A DNA stretch of 64,000 nucleotides from positions 396,592-460,591 of the forward strand of contig JAMLJH010000002.1 of NCBI GenBank assembly GCA_023953615.1, given 5' to 3'. The translations under genes were made by a program, and so were the position numbers. Within the stretch, counting starts at the first letter, position 1. The number at the start of each line of letters is the position of its first letter. The notes below the pieces were generated by a model. The model worked only from the letters and a program-made list of their open reading frames with translations. It did not search any database and was not told the DNA's origin. Shown here in pieces: positions 34,736 to 45,200 of this stretch. This DNA comes from Verrucomicrobiia bacterium (GTDB lineage Bacteria; Verrucomicrobiota; Verrucomicrobiia; Limisphaerales; JADLHS01).

Positions 34736-35982
34736 CCAAATCCCTCGATCAAAAACTGGCTGAAATTAAAGCGAACCCCAATTCGCGCGCGTTCATTCTA
34801 GCCGACGCCAAAGACGCCGACATGGCGTATGGCGTGCGCGCCACCGGTCCGCGCTCCTACTTGGCCCGGCGCGGTGCGCGCCCGGCCCAATTCTCCCCGG
34901 AGGTTTGGTCTCGGGAAGAGTTTGGCTTTCGCAATCTGCCGGAGTTCTTGGACATCATTCGTGAAGTGACGCACCAGGGGTTGGTGGACATCATGTTGAT
35001 GTCGGCCTACGTGAACGAACAACTCACGATCAAGGAAGGCTTGTTTCAAAATTCCCACGTTACGCCTGCCGCTCGCGCGAACGATACCACCGATGTCTGG
35101 GCCGCGCGGCACGGTTGTTACATGGGTGAAGCGTCGCAACCGTTTCGGACGGCGAGCATTGATCACATTCAATGCGGCGAAGTGGAATGTGAGCGGGGTG
35201 CGACTCCCGATTTTCCCGGCGCCAATCTGGGACTGTATTCGATCACTTACGTGAACGATTTGGAACAGGACCGCGAGGCGTTGCTGGCTTACAAGGAATT
35301 TCGCGAGGAGGCGGAGCGCAAGCAGTTCCGGCACTTTTTGGAAGTGTTCGATCCCAACGTGGACAGCGGCATTCCTGCGGAAAACCTGGGCGAGTTCGTC
35401 AACGACAACATCCTGCGCACCCTGGCGGGCGTGCCGGAGGCGGGGCGACCGTTGTTTCTGAAGGTGGTGTATCACGGTCCGCGCGCCATGGAAGAACTTT
35501 GCCAATACGATCCCAACATGGTGGTCGGCATCATGGGAGGCAGCGCGGGCACGACGCATGATGCGTTCAAGTTGATTCATGACGCGCAAAAGCACGGCGC
35601 GCGGGCGGCGTTGTTTGGTCGCAAAATCAACAACGCGGAGCACCAACTGGCGTTTATCGAAATGCTGCGCTTGATCACCGACGGCAAAATCAGTCCCGAG
35701 GAGGCCGTCCGTGCCTATCACGGCGTGCTGCAAGGCAAGGGCATCAAGCCGCAACGCGCGTTGGCGGATGATTTGCAACTAACCGGGCAGTCCATGAATT
35801 ATGCCGGGACGGTGCCCGCGTCGGACGGTCGCAGCGGATCAGCGCGAAGTGAGATGAGTCGTCCTGCAAGTTCGACCGGCACCGCAACCGACTGGCCGCG
35901 ACAGGCCGATGGTTCGCCGGACTTTGCCCGGATGAATTCGCAGCAGCGATTCGCCTACGATCGGGCGCGGTTGCAGCTCTGA
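34732..35982 (+). CDS. Conserved hypothetical protein, possibly a DeoC/LacD/FbaB-like class I aldolase TIM barrel
   Basis: 416 aa. ILADAKDADM, PLFLKVVYHG and GGSAGTTHDAF...GARAALFGRKI resemble the DeoC/LacD family layout. The C-terminal ~70 aa are low-complexity. Assignment is tentative. Confidence 0.35.
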   Translation: MTKSLDQKLAEIKANPNSRAFILADAKDADMAYGVRATGPRSYLARRGARPAQFSPEVWSREEFGFRNLPEFLDIIREVTHQGLVDIMLMSAYVNEQLTIKEGLFQNSHVTPAARANDTTDVWAARHGCYMGEASQPFRTASIDHIQCGEVECERGATPDFPGANLGLYSITYVNDLEQDREALLAYKEFREEAERKQFRHFLEVFDPNVDSGIPAENLGEFVNDNILRTLAGVPEAGRPLFLKVVYHGPRAMEELCQYDPNMVVGIMGGSAGTTHDAFKLIHDAQKHGARAALFGRKINNAEHQLAFIEMLRLITDGKISPEEAVRAYHGVLQGKGIKPQRALADDLQLTGQSMNYAGTVPASDGRSGSARSEMSRPASSTGTATDWPRQADGSPDFARMNSQQRFAYDRARLQL

Positions 35983-35984
35983 GA

Positions 35985-36941
35985 TCAGCGTACGCCCGCC
36001 TCGTCGAGTTGGAGTCGTCCGCGATTTGCATCCAACGTGGCCCGAACGCCGACGGGCAAGGTGGCGTTCATCGCCACGTGACCGAAGGGCAGGCCGGTAA
36101 CGATCGGAATTTTTAACGGCAGCAGGCGTTCGCGGAAAACATCCTCCAAAGTCTGACGATATTCCTTGGCGGTTTGGGCGCGCGGATCCTGACAGTTGGC
36201 GTTGATTCCGATGGCAATACCCGCGACCTGTTGCAACCGCCCGCAATTCAGCAGGTGGGTCAACAGACGATCCCAGCGATAAGGTTCTTCCCCCACGTCT
36301 TCGAGGAAGAGGATGGCGTTTTTGAAGTTCGGTTGCCACGGGGTGCCGATCAGCGTGTTCAGAATGGTGATGTTGCCGCCGATGAGCCGACCGCGGGCCA
36401 TGCCGCGCCGTAGAATTTTCACCGTTTTACCCGGATAGCCGGTGGCGATGTCGTTTTGCGGCGCCGCGGAAGCGAGGGTACGCAAAAAACTTTGCACCGT
36501 GAACGCGGGGAGCCGTTTGAGCGCAAAGTCGGAGTTCAACATTGGCCCGTGGAAGGAGATCAAACCGGCCTTGGATAGAAACGCGCCGTGCAGTGAAGTG
36601 ATGTCGCTGTAGCCGATGAAAATTTTCGGATTGGCCCGGATCAAACGGTAGTTCAGCCGGGGCAGTAATCGCGCGGTACCGTAACCGCCCCGCACGCAGA
36701 TGATCGCGTTCACCTGGCGATCGGTGAACATCCGCATCAAATCATCGGCGCGCTCGCGGTCGGAGCCGGCGAGGAAACCGAGGCGTTTGTGCGCGTTCGG
36801 CGCGAGCTTGGTTCGGTAGCCGAGTTTTTCGAGCACGGCAATGGCGCGGTCCACATTTTTCGGATCGGGCGGCGCGCTGGCGGGAGCGACGATGCCCAAG
36901 GTGTCACCGGGATTCAGGCGAGGCGGAAAGACAAGTTTCAT
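35985..36941 (-). CDS. ldcA: LD-carboxypeptidase (peptidase S66, LdcA/MccF-like)
   Basis: LNPGDTLGIVAPAS, GYSDITSLH and FGH motifs. The ATG at 36941 lies inside the longer ORF that runs to 36998. Confidence 0.8.
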   Translation of the reverse strand: MKLVFPPRLNPGDTLGIVAPASAPPDPKNVDRAIAVLEKLGYRTKLAPNAHKRLGFLAGSDRERADDLMRMFTDRQVNAIICVRGGYGTARLLPRLNYRLIRANPKIFIGYSDITSLHGAFLSKAGLISFHGPMLNSDFALKRLPAFTVQSFLRTLASAAPQNDIATGYPGKTVKILRRGMARGRLIGGNITILNTLIGTPWQPNFKNAILFLEDVGEEPYRWDRLLTHLLNCGRLQQVAGIAIGINANCQDPRAQTAKEYRQTLEDVFRERLLPLKIPIVTGLPFGHVAMNATLPVGVRATLDANRGRLQLDEAGVR

Positions 36942-36981
36942 CAGTAAAAATTGGCAATGGGGGTCCGAAGGGAAGGCGCCG

Positions 36982-39543
36982 TTAAATCTGCGGATCAAGC
37001 GGCGGGTTTTCCTTGTCGCGTAATCCGATCAGGAGCGCCTTGGTCTGAGTGTAAGTGGTTTCCAAATCCTGGATGATTTTCATGGCGCCGTAAACTTCAC
37101 CGGAGTTGCCCAGCACTTCCAGTTTTTGACTCAATTCCACGACCTGGCGCGCGCCCATGTTCAGGCTCATGCTTTTCAGCGCGTGAGCGTGAAAGGCGAG
37201 TTGCTTGGGGTCTTCGACGGCTTGCACCAGTTGTTTGATGTGCGTGGGTGCGGTCTCGAGATAGAGGCTGATCAATTCGCTTAACATGCTGACGTCTTCG
37301 GTGGGCGCCATTTCGCGGAGGTCGGCAATGATGCTGGCGTCGAGCAGTCCGGGCGACAGCGACTCGGGATTGCGCATGAAGTAATTGGTGTCGTACTTCA
37401 CCACCTTGGTTGGCCCCCAACGTTCGAGGGTGGCCTGCAAATCCGCCACGCGAACCGGTTTGGAAATGTAATCGTCCATGCCCACGGCGAGACACTTTTC
37501 GCGATCGCCAATCAGCGCATTTCCGGTCATGGCCACAATCACCGGGCGCTTGTCCCGCGTCCAGCGTTCGCAAATGGTCCGGGTACATTCGTAGCCGTCC
37601 ATTTCAGGCATCTGCACGTCCAGGAAAAGCACGTCGTAGGGTTTCTGTTCCAGCGCCTTGATGACTTCAACCCCGTTGGTGGCCAGATCCGCCTGGTACC
37701 CCAATTTGTTGAGGACGCTGATGCCGACCTTTTGGTTGATCGGATTGTCATCGGCCAGCAGGATGCGCAGCGGCAGGCGGCGCGCGAAATCCGAATCGAG
37801 TCCGGGCGTGAACGGAGGTTTGCGATCCGGCTGCACGCGCACTCCGAGCATGCGGCCGAGCGTTTCCAGCAACAAACCGGGACGAATGGGCTTGTGAAGA
37901 AAATGGGCTTCGGTCATCCCCGCCGCGTGCAGGTCTTCGGTGCGCAAACGGGCCGTGGAAAGCAAGAGCAGCGGCAGCGACTTTCGGGTGGGTAATTTTT
38001 GAATTTCGCGCGCCAACGCGAAACAATCCATGCCCGGCAGTTGCGCGTCCAGGATGATGACTGAATATCCGGTGGGTTCGCGCAGTAAGGCCAGCGTCTG
38101 GTCGGCCGTTCCGGCGATGGTAACCTGCATGCCCCAGCTTTCCAGGAGTTGCCGCAAAACCCGCGCGTTGCTCGTGCCGTGTTCCGCCAGGAGCACGGAT
38201 TCGTTGGCAAGCTGCCGTTGTTTTCCGACCCACGCGGGCGGCGTGACCGTGCCGGTGCTCTGCACGAGAATGGTGAAATGGAACGTGGCGCCGCTGTTGG
38301 CGTCGCTGTCCACCCAGATGCGGCCGCCCATTAATTCCACGAGGCGCTTGCTGATCGCCAACCCCAATCCCGTTCCGCCGAAGTGGCGCGTGGTGGATGC
38401 GTCCACCTGGTGAAAGGATTTGAACAGGCGATGCTGCTTTTCCAACGGAATGCCGATGCCCGTATCGCGCACGCTGAAGTGCAGCAACCATTCCTCGCGG
38501 CTGACGGTCGTGCCGTCGGTGGCGCCGTCCAATTCACGAATGGCGGCCGTGGCTGGAGTTACTTCCACCACCACTTCGCCTGAAGGCGTGAATTTGACCG
38601 CGTTGCTGAGCAGGTTGACCAAGACCTGGCGCAGCCGGATCATGTCGCTGAGGATGATTTTGGGCAGCGAATCGTCCACGGTATAAACCAGATCCAACCG
38701 CTTTTCGGCGGCTTTGGTGGCCAGCAACTCCAACGCGTCTTCCACGCAGCCGCGCAATTCAAACGGATGATGGTCAAGCTCCAGTTTGCCGGCTTCGATT
38801 TTGGAAAAATCCAGGATGTCGTTGATGATGGTCAGCAAGGCATCGGCGCTGGTGCGTACGCCTTCCACGTACTCGCGCTGCTCCTCGGACAGGTCGGTGT
38901 CGAACAACAGCGAAATCATGCCGACCACGCCGTTCATGGGCGTGCGGATTTCGTGGCTCATGTTGGCCAGAAACGCGGACTTCGCCAGCGTGGCTTCCTC
39001 GAGCTTCTGGTTCAGGGACAGCAATTGCGAGTTGCCGTTGACCAATTGTTGCTGACTTTCCCGCAGCGCGCGGTAAGCGGCGTCGCGTTGGATTTGATTG
39101 AGGTAGGCGCGCGAGTGATAGCGGATGCGCGCCAGGAGTTCCAGCCGGTCCGGCAGTTTGACCAGATAATCATTGGCGCCCAGGCTGAACGCCTGGCCTT
39201 TGATCTGTGGATTTTCGTTGGTGCTTAAAACGATGATGGGGATTTCGCGGGTGACGGGATTGGCGCGAAATTGCGTGACGAGGCTGAGTCCATCAATGCC
39301 GGGCATGACCAAATCCTGCAGGATCACCGTGGGGCGCAGTTGCGCCGCCAGGGTCAAGGCTTCGCGCGCATCGGCGCAGTAATGGAAATCAATGTCCGGT
39401 TCGGTGACGAGCGCGCGGCGGATGGCTTCGCACACCATGGCTTGATCGTCCACCAGAAGCACCATGACGTGATAATCCGGGAGCTGGGGAAACGTGAGGC
39501 GGTTTCCCTCCGGAGAGTTGGTTTCAGTGTGCTCAGTTGCCAT
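36982..39543 (-). CDS. Hybrid sensor histidine kinase (REC-coiled coil-HisKA-HATPase-pseudoREC-REC-Hpt)
   Basis: N-terminal receiver (LLVDDQ...[10 protein letters not shown]), [19 protein letters not shown], a second receiver ([10 protein letters not shown]...DVQMPEMDG) and a C-terminal Hpt ([14 protein letters not shown]). It overlaps cheB by 11 nt. Confidence 0.9.
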   Translation of the reverse strand: MATEHTETNSPEGNRLTFPQLPDYHVMVLLVDDQAMVCEAIRRALVTEPDIDFHYCADAREALTLAAQLRPTVILQDLVMPGIDGLSLVTQFRANPVTREIPIIVLSTNENPQIKGQAFSLGANDYLVKLPDRLELLARIRYHSRAYLNQIQRDAAYRALRESQQQLVNGNSQLLSLNQKLEEATLAKSAFLANMSHEIRTPMNGVVGMISLLFDTDLSEEQREYVEGVRTSADALLTIINDILDFSKIEAGKLELDHHPFELRGCVEDALELLATKAAEKRLDLVYTVDDSLPKIILSDMIRLRQVLVNLLSNAVKFTPSGEVVVEVTPATAAIRELDGATDGTTVSREEWLLHFSVRDTGIGIPLEKQHRLFKSFHQVDASTTRHFGGTGLGLAISKRLVELMGGRIWVDSDANSGATFHFTILVQSTGTVTPPAWVGKQRQLANESVLLAEHGTSNARVLRQLLESWGMQVTIAGTADQTLALLREPTGYSVIILDAQLPGMDCFALAREIQKLPTRKSLPLLLLSTARLRTEDLHAAGMTEAHFLHKPIRPGLLLETLGRMLGVRVQPDRKPPFTPGLDSDFARRLPLRILLADDNPINQKVGISVLNKLGYQADLATNGVEVIKALEQKPYDVLFLDVQMPEMDGYECTRTICERWTRDKRPVIVAMTGNALIGDREKCLAVGMDDYISKPVRVADLQATLERWGPTKVVKYDTNYFMRNPESLSPGLLDASIIADLREMAPTEDVSMLSELISLYLETAPTHIKQLVQAVEDPKQLAFHAHALKSMSLNMGARQVVELSQKLEVLGNSGEVYGAMKIIQDLETTYTQTKALLIGLRDKENPPLDPQI

Positions 39544-40570
39544 GATCTTGACCCAAGATAGAAATGAGGCGTGGCGCGATTTTGTCCAGCGCTAAAATTT
39601 CCCGGGCCGCCTGCAATTCCACCGCGGCCTTGGGCATGCCGTACACCGTGCTGCTAAGTCGGTTTTGCGCAATCGTGAGGTGGCCCGCAGTGCGCAAGGC
39701 TTTTAATCCCTCGGCCCCGTCGCGCCCCATTCCGGTCAGGAGGATTCCCGTGACCGAACCGCGCCAGTATCGGGCGACACTATGGAAGAACACATCCACC
39801 GACGGACGATAAGTGCTCGAGTCCGGCTGTGCGGAATAACCCAGGTGCATCGTGTGGGACATCACGAGATGACGATCTTTCCCGGCGAGATAAACGCGTC
39901 CGGGCGCCAAACGATCTCCTTCCGCAACCACGCGCACCCGCAACGGAGTGCGGGCGGCGAACCAACCCGCTAATCCGGGCGCGAACTGTTGGTCCACGTG
40001 TTGCACCACGACAATTGCGGCAGGGAAGGTGGCCGGCAGCTCGCCCAGGATGGTGGTCAACGCCGCCGGCCCGCCCGCTGAGGCGCCGATCACAACCAAC
40101 TTGGTGAGTTGGCGGGGTTGCGCTTCAATAGGAAGTGACGGGGCTTTGGCTTTACGGGATTTCAGCGACTTGGGGGCGCCCAGCAGTTTTTCAATGGTAC
40201 CGATTTTCGCCAGCAATGGAGCAACCTCTTTCGGTTTTTGTGTGGCTCCGAAAATTGGAACGTCCACCGCGTCCACGGCACCCGCGCCCATCGCGGCAAA
40301 GACGTGGGCGATGTGGTCTTCGACCTTGGCCGTGGCTACCACGATGGCGCAAGGGTTTTTGGCCATGATTTGTCGCGTGGCTTCGACGCCATCCAATCGC
40401 GGCATGAACAAATCCATCAAGATCAGGTCCGGGCGAGCCTGCTCGCAACGCGCGACGGCCTCCGCGCCATCTTTGGCGATCCAGATGATTTCGTGTTGCG
40501 TATGCGCGTTGATACTGCGCCGCAACGCTTCGGCCGCGAGCACCAGATCGTTGACGATGCCGATTTTCAC
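39533..40570 (-). CDS. cheB: Protein-glutamate methylesterase CheB/WspF-like
   Basis: REC domain plus a CheB methylesterase domain ([19 protein letters not shown]). Confidence 0.92.
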   Translation of the reverse strand: MKIGIVNDLVLAAEALRRSINAHTQHEIIWIAKDGAEAVARCEQARPDLILMDLFMPRLDGVEATRQIMAKNPCAIVVATAKVEDHIAHVFAAMGAGAVDAVDVPIFGATQKPKEVAPLLAKIGTIEKLLGAPKSLKSRKAKAPSLPIEAQPRQLTKLVVIGASAGGPAALTTILGELPATFPAAIVVVQHVDQQFAPGLAGWFAARTPLRVRVVAEGDRLAPGRVYLAGKDRHLVMSHTMHLGYSAQPDSSTYRPSVDVFFHSVARYWRGSVTGILLTGMGRDGAEGLKALRTAGHLTIAQNRLSSTVYGMPKAAVELQAAREILALDKIAPRLISILGQDHGN

Positions 40571-42852
40571 CAGCCGGCCTCCCCAATGAGATCCACCACG
40601 GCCCGGATCAGGGTTTCATCCTGAAAGCTGCCCTTGGTTAGATAATAGTCCGCGCCTGCGTTGAGGCCGCGCAACCGGTCTTCCTCGCGATCTTTATAGG
40701 AAACAATCATGACCGGAATGAGCCGCAGACGCTCTTCATTTTTAATCAAAGTGGTCAGCTCGATGCCGTCCAGCCGCGGCATATCCACGTCGGTAATCAC
40801 CAAGTCGTAATCTCCGGCGCGCACGGCGTTCCAACCATCCATGCCGTCCACGGCCACGTCGGCGACGTAACCGGCGGCGTCCAGCAATTTGCGTTCGAGT
40901 TCGCGCACGGTCAGGGAATCTTCCACCACCAGCACGCGTTTCTGCCGGTGACCGGTTGCCGGCCCGGTCGCGGGAGGAATGGCCGTATGCCGACCGCTGG
41001 TGGCAAATTTGTCAATGCTGCGCAGCAAGTCTTCCACGTCCACAATCAGCACCGGCGCCCCGTCGTCCATCAAGGCCGCGGCGCTGATGTCCTTGATTTT
41101 GCCAAGCCGCGGGTCCAGCGGTTGGACGACGAGTTCCCGTTCGCCCAGGAAGCGATCCACTTGCAAACCGTAATGTTGATCCGGTCCGCTCAAAATGATG
41201 AGGGACAGATCGCCGGAACTGTCTGGCGTTGCCCCCGAGACATCCAAAATTTGTTGCGCGTTGAGCAGGCCGATGTACTGGTCGCCCCGTCGGAAATGGG
41301 GCTGTCCTTCGAGCGTCAGAATTTGCGGGCGAGGCAGTTTCAAACTGCTCACGATCTGCGTCAGCGGAAATGCGTAAGGCTCGCCGCCGATTTCCACCAG
41401 CAACGCGCGCAATACGGAAAGCGTCAACGGCAGTTGCAGTTGAATGCGCATGCCGCGCCCTTTCAAGGTGGACACGCGCACGCTCCCCCGGACGCTGCGG
41501 ATCATGTTTTGCACGATGTCGAGGCCGACGCCGCGTCCGGAAATTTCCGTCACCGTTTCGCGCAGGGTGAACCCGGGCAAAAAGAGGAATTGCAACAACT
41601 CCGGTTCGGTCATCGTTTCCACCGCCGCCGGCGCGATGAGCTTGCGCCGGTTGATGGCCTCGCGAACTTGTTGCGGATCCAAGCCCGGCCCGTCGTCGGC
41701 CAGGGTGATTTGCAACATTCCGGCGCTGTGCCGCGCTTCCAGGCGGATGGTGGCCTCGGGCGGTTTCCCTTGTTCGAGCCGGACGGCGGGAGTTTCCGCG
41801 CCATGATCCACCGCGTTGCGCAACAGGTGGGTCAAAGGCGCTTCGAGTCGCTCGAGGATGTCACGGTCCACCTGGGTGGTTTCACCGAGAATTTCAAAAC
41901 GGACCTGTTTGCCCAGGCTTTGCGCCAGATCACGCACCATGCGATGGAAGTGTTGGACGCCATCGCCGAAGGGGCGCATCCGGGTGCGCAGCGCTTCCAG
42001 GTAGAGGCGGTTCGCCAGTTGGGCGGTACGGCGTTCGTGTTGATCCAGTTCCTGTAACCGCTCCTCCAATTGCTGCGACAGCTCGCGAATTTGTTGCGCG
42101 GCGTTGGCCGCCGATTGTTGCCTGACCGGGTCAACGTCGTTGTGGCGCAACTGGTCGAGGGTGGCTTCGAGCGCGGTTTGCTGGCGTTTGATCCGTTGCA
42201 ACTGCGCGGTGAACGGACGCAGCCAACGCGATTCCACCAACGTCTCACTCGCCAGCGCCAGCAGGCGATTGAGATTTTCCGCCGACAGCCGCAAATAACG
42301 CTCCGTGGTTTCCGCCGGCGGCGCGGCGCCGGTGGCGGTGGCAATTTCCGCGCTGCGGAAGTGGGTGGTATCGCCACTGGCCGGGGCGTCGGTGATTTTA
42401 ATGGGCGGAAATTCACCGGTGGGCGCGGCGATGATGGCGTGAATTTCCAGAAGCCATTGCTCCAGATGCGCCTGATGTCGCTTCTCCCAGTTCGCCGGAT
42501 TTTTGTCGGCTTGTTTGCCAAGCTCGGCCAACCAATCCACGCCGCGGAGCAGCGCGTTGGTGTGCTCGGGTCGCGGCGTCAGCCGGTTTTGTTGCGCGGC
42601 AACAAAGTAATCCTCCAAGGCGTGCGCCACCTGGATGCCGGCTTCCAAATTGACGATCCGCGCCGCGCCTTTGTAGGAATGGGCCGCGCGCATGAGCGAT
42701 TCCAGTTGTTCCGGGGTGGCGGGAGTGCGCTCCAACGCCAGGATGCCCGCGTTCAACAAGGCCGTCTGGCTCTCGGCCTCCGTGCGGAAAAGTTCCAGCA
42801 TCGTGAGGTCGGCCACAGAGCTTGCCTGGTTTGACTCGGGTTTCTTCATCAA
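40567..42852 (-). CDS. cheA: CheA-type histidine kinase with C-terminal receiver (WspE-like)
   Basis: Hpt (AHSYKGAARIV), dimerisation and HATPase domains (DDGPGLD, GRGVGLD), a CheW-like domain and a REC domain (VVEDSLTVRE...DVDMPRLDG). Confidence 0.92.
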   Translation of the reverse strand: MMKKPESNQASSVADLTMLELFRTEAESQTALLNAGILALERTPATPEQLESLMRAAHSYKGAARIVNLEAGIQVAHALEDYFVAAQQNRLTPRPEHTNALLRGVDWLAELGKQADKNPANWEKRHQAHLEQWLLEIHAIIAAPTGEFPPIKITDAPASGDTTHFRSAEIATATGAAPPAETTERYLRLSAENLNRLLALASETLVESRWLRPFTAQLQRIKRQQTALEATLDQLRHNDVDPVRQQSAANAAQQIRELSQQLEERLQELDQHERRTAQLANRLYLEALRTRMRPFGDGVQHFHRMVRDLAQSLGKQVRFEILGETTQVDRDILERLEAPLTHLLRNAVDHGAETPAVRLEQGKPPEATIRLEARHSAGMLQITLADDGPGLDPQQVREAINRRKLIAPAAVETMTEPELLQFLFLPGFTLRETVTEISGRGVGLDIVQNMIRSVRGSVRVSTLKGRGMRIQLQLPLTLSVLRALLVEIGGEPYAFPLTQIVSSLKLPRPQILTLEGQPHFRRGDQYIGLLNAQQILDVSGATPDSSGDLSLIILSGPDQHYGLQVDRFLGERELVVQPLDPRLGKIKDISAAALMDDGAPVLIVDVEDLLRSIDKFATSGRHTAIPPATGPATGHRQKRVLVVEDSLTVRELERKLLDAAGYVADVAVDGMDGWNAVRAGDYDLVITDVDMPRLDGIELTTLIKNEERLRLIPVMIVSYKDREEDRLRGLNAGADYYLTKGSFQDETLIRAVVDLIGEAGW

Positions 42853-42904
42853 CTGACTTCGCTTGGTTTACAGGTCAAATCCGATTTCAAAAGTCTGGCC
42901 GTGA

Positions 42905-43933
42905 TTACGTTAAGTTTCGGTTCAACGCCGCCATCAGTGCTTCCGGATCGAGTAATCCGACGGTGTGTTGACGCCACGGAAAAATGCCGTTGGCGCAATG
43001 GCGTCCACCCTGAACGAACAGGCTGGGTGGTTTGCGCAAATCGGCATTGTGAAACCGGTGAACGCCATAAACTTCGTCCACCGGGAACGCCGCGCGTTGC
43101 CCGCGCCATTCGGCGACCATCAATCGCTCCTGCCGCTGGCCGTGGATCAAGGCTCTGGGAGCTGTTTCCAATCCAAGCAAACGATTCAGCGCGGCGCAGA
43201 TCAGCAGTTCGCCGCGAATGTTGACGATGCCGAGCAACACCGTGTGGCGACAATGTGGAATGGTGTGCAGCGGCCGGCGCTCGGCAACTTCCTGAAAAAT
43301 TTCCGTGGGTAACGCAAGCCATTCCCCCAGCAACCGGAAAATCACGACGCTGGTTTTGGCCGGAGTGGCGACACGTTTTTCCGGCGCAAAATGCAAGCTC
43401 CATTCGCGCCGGTAATCGGATGGAATGGGGCGATTGAGAAATTGCGATGCCGCTCGCGCATACGTCGGGCAGTGATGGCAGTGGCCATGTTGCGCGAGTT
43501 TCGAGCAGGAATGATCGCCATACACGCCGATGCGATTCCAACAATCGTCCACCGGCGCGGGCAGGTTGCCGGTTTGGGTGACCGATAGTTTGAAGGACGG
43601 CCCGGCAATGGTCCGCTCGATCCGCTGGAGGTGTTTCCCCACGGGTTCGGGTTCAACGTGAACCACTTCGGCTTCGACCCGGACGAAATGTTGGGTGCCG
43701 GGTTCATCGGGCAAATGGGTTTCCGTTCCGGTATTGCGTGTGAGTTTGGGCGGCGGTGGCGGAGTGGCAGGATTGACGACGGCATCCGCGGTTGTGACCA
43801 AATTGGTTGGAAGCGGATCCTCAGCGGGCGGCGGTTCAGCCGCCCAAGCCTCCGCTTCGGCGCGCGTCAAATGTTGCGTGCCCGGCTTGTCGGGTTTCGC
43901 GGGCGCGGCAGGATCGGGCTTGGCGCGTTTCAC
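42905..43933 (-). CDS. CheW-domain protein with an N-terminal repeat and Cys/His cluster (WspD position)
   Basis: C-terminal CheW fold preceded by C-X11-C-X8-C-X2-C (CWNRIGVYGDHSCSKLAQHGHCHHC) and a duplicated PGTQH[LF]xRxEAE segment. Confidence 0.8.
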   Translation of the reverse strand: MKRAKPDPAAPAKPDKPGTQHLTRAEAEAWAAEPPPAEDPLPTNLVTTADAVVNPATPPPPPKLTRNTGTETHLPDEPGTQHFVRVEAEVVHVEPEPVGKHLQRIERTIAGPSFKLSVTQTGNLPAPVDDCWNRIGVYGDHSCSKLAQHGHCHHCPTYARAASQFLNRPIPSDYRREWSLHFAPEKRVATPAKTSVVIFRLLGEWLALPTEIFQEVAERRPLHTIPHCRHTVLLGIVNIRGELLICAALNRLLGLETAPRALIHGQRQERLMVAEWRGQRAAFPVDEVYGVHRFHNADLRKPPSLFVQGGRHCANGIFPWRQHTVGLLDPEALMAALNRNLT

Positions 43934-43940
43934 TTAAACC

Positions 43941-45200
43941 TCAAGGGCTGGACTTGTTTCCGATTTCCAGTTCACGCTGCCGGGCAACCCGGGCCAGGCG
44001 CCGTCGGAAAAGTTTGGCGCGGGCCGCGTGGCCTTGTTGTTCCCACCAAACCGCCGAACGTTCGAGTGATTCGTAGTGCGTCGGATCGAGATAAAGGGCC
44101 TTGCGATAAAAATCAATCGCCGGTTGATCGTTCCGCACTTCGTGAATCAAACCGATCAGGTAGTAACTTTCCGCGCAATCCGGGTGTTGCCGCAGATGAC
44201 TCCAGCATAAGGCCACCGCTTCTTCGTGCCGCCCGCTGGCCGCCAGTTCGTGCGCGTGACTGAGCAGCGCCGCGTCGCGACCGGTTGATCCTGCCGCGCC
44301 TGCAGCCAACGTGATCGGTCGCACCAACGGAATGAGTTGGCCCGATCGGTCCGGGATTGGGTCGGGCTGAATGGTTTTGGAACGTGAACGGCGCGGCGAG
44401 CGGTGCGAAAGGAATTTTCCCTTGTGACACGCAAAAGCCAGCGGCCAGCCAGCGTGGATGAAGCCGCATTTGGCGGCGATGGGCGGTTCCGCGGGGCCGA
44501 CAAAAAGCGTTCCGTCCGGGGCGAGCGAACGGTGCAATTTGGCCAGGGCGGAAACCTGGGTGGCGCGATCAAAATAGATCAGCAGATTGCGGCAGAAGAT
44601 GAAATCGTAGGGCGGCACCGCCACCAGAAAGTCGGCATCCAGAATGTTGGCACGTTGGAAGGAAACCTGGCGGCGCAGCGTTGCGTTCAGCGCAAAGCCG
44701 CCTTTCACCGGGCGGAAGTGGCGCTCGCGAAATTCGAGGTTCGTGCCACGAAAAGAATTTTTGCCGTAAACGCCGCGCGCCGCGCGGGTCAACGCGTTTT
44801 GCGAAATATCCATCGCGTCAATTTGAAACGCGGTGGCCGCCACTCCGGCATCCACCAGGGTCATGGCCACCGAAAACGGTTCTTCGCCACTGGAGCAGGG
44901 GACGCTGAGGATGCGCAGCGTCTGTTTCGGATGCCGGGGCCGCCACTGTTCCGTTACGATTTTGGCAAAGGCGTCGAACGGCGCGCGATCACGGAAGAAC
45001 CAGGTCTCGGTGACGACGATGGCTTCAATCAGGTCGTCGAGTTCTGCGGGCGATTCGTGCAATTTCTGTTCGTAATCGGCGATGGATTTGAGTCCGTGCC
45101 GCTCCATGCGTTGCTGGATGGTCTGCCGGATGCGCCCGGAGCCGATGGCGGCGGCTTCCAAACCGATGCGGCGGCGCAACAAGGTTTCAATCCGTAACAT
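43941..45200 (-). CDS. cheR: CheR methyltransferase with C-terminal TPR region (WspC-like)
   Basis: CheR SAM-binding domain (ETWFFRD, CSSGEEPFS, FCRNLLIYF) plus a TPR-like tail. Confidence 0.9.
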   Translation of the reverse strand: MLRIETLLRRRIGLEAAAIGSGRIRQTIQQRMERHGLKSIADYEQKLHESPAELDDLIEAIVVTETWFFRDRAPFDAFAKIVTEQWRPRHPKQTLRILSVPCSSGEEPFSVAMTLVDAGVAATAFQIDAMDISQNALTRAARGVYGKNSFRGTNLEFRERHFRPVKGGFALNATLRRQVSFQRANILDADFLVAVPPYDFIFCRNLLIYFDRATQVSALAKLHRSLAPDGTLFVGPAEPPIAAKCGFIHAGWPLAFACHKGKFLSHRSPRRSRSKTIQPDPIPDRSGQLIPLVRPITLAAGAAGSTGRDAALLSHAHELAASGRHEEAVALCWSHLRQHPDCAESYYLIGLIHEVRNDQPAIDFYRKALYLDPTHYESLERSAVWWEQQGHAARAKLFRRRLARVARQRELEIGNKSSP

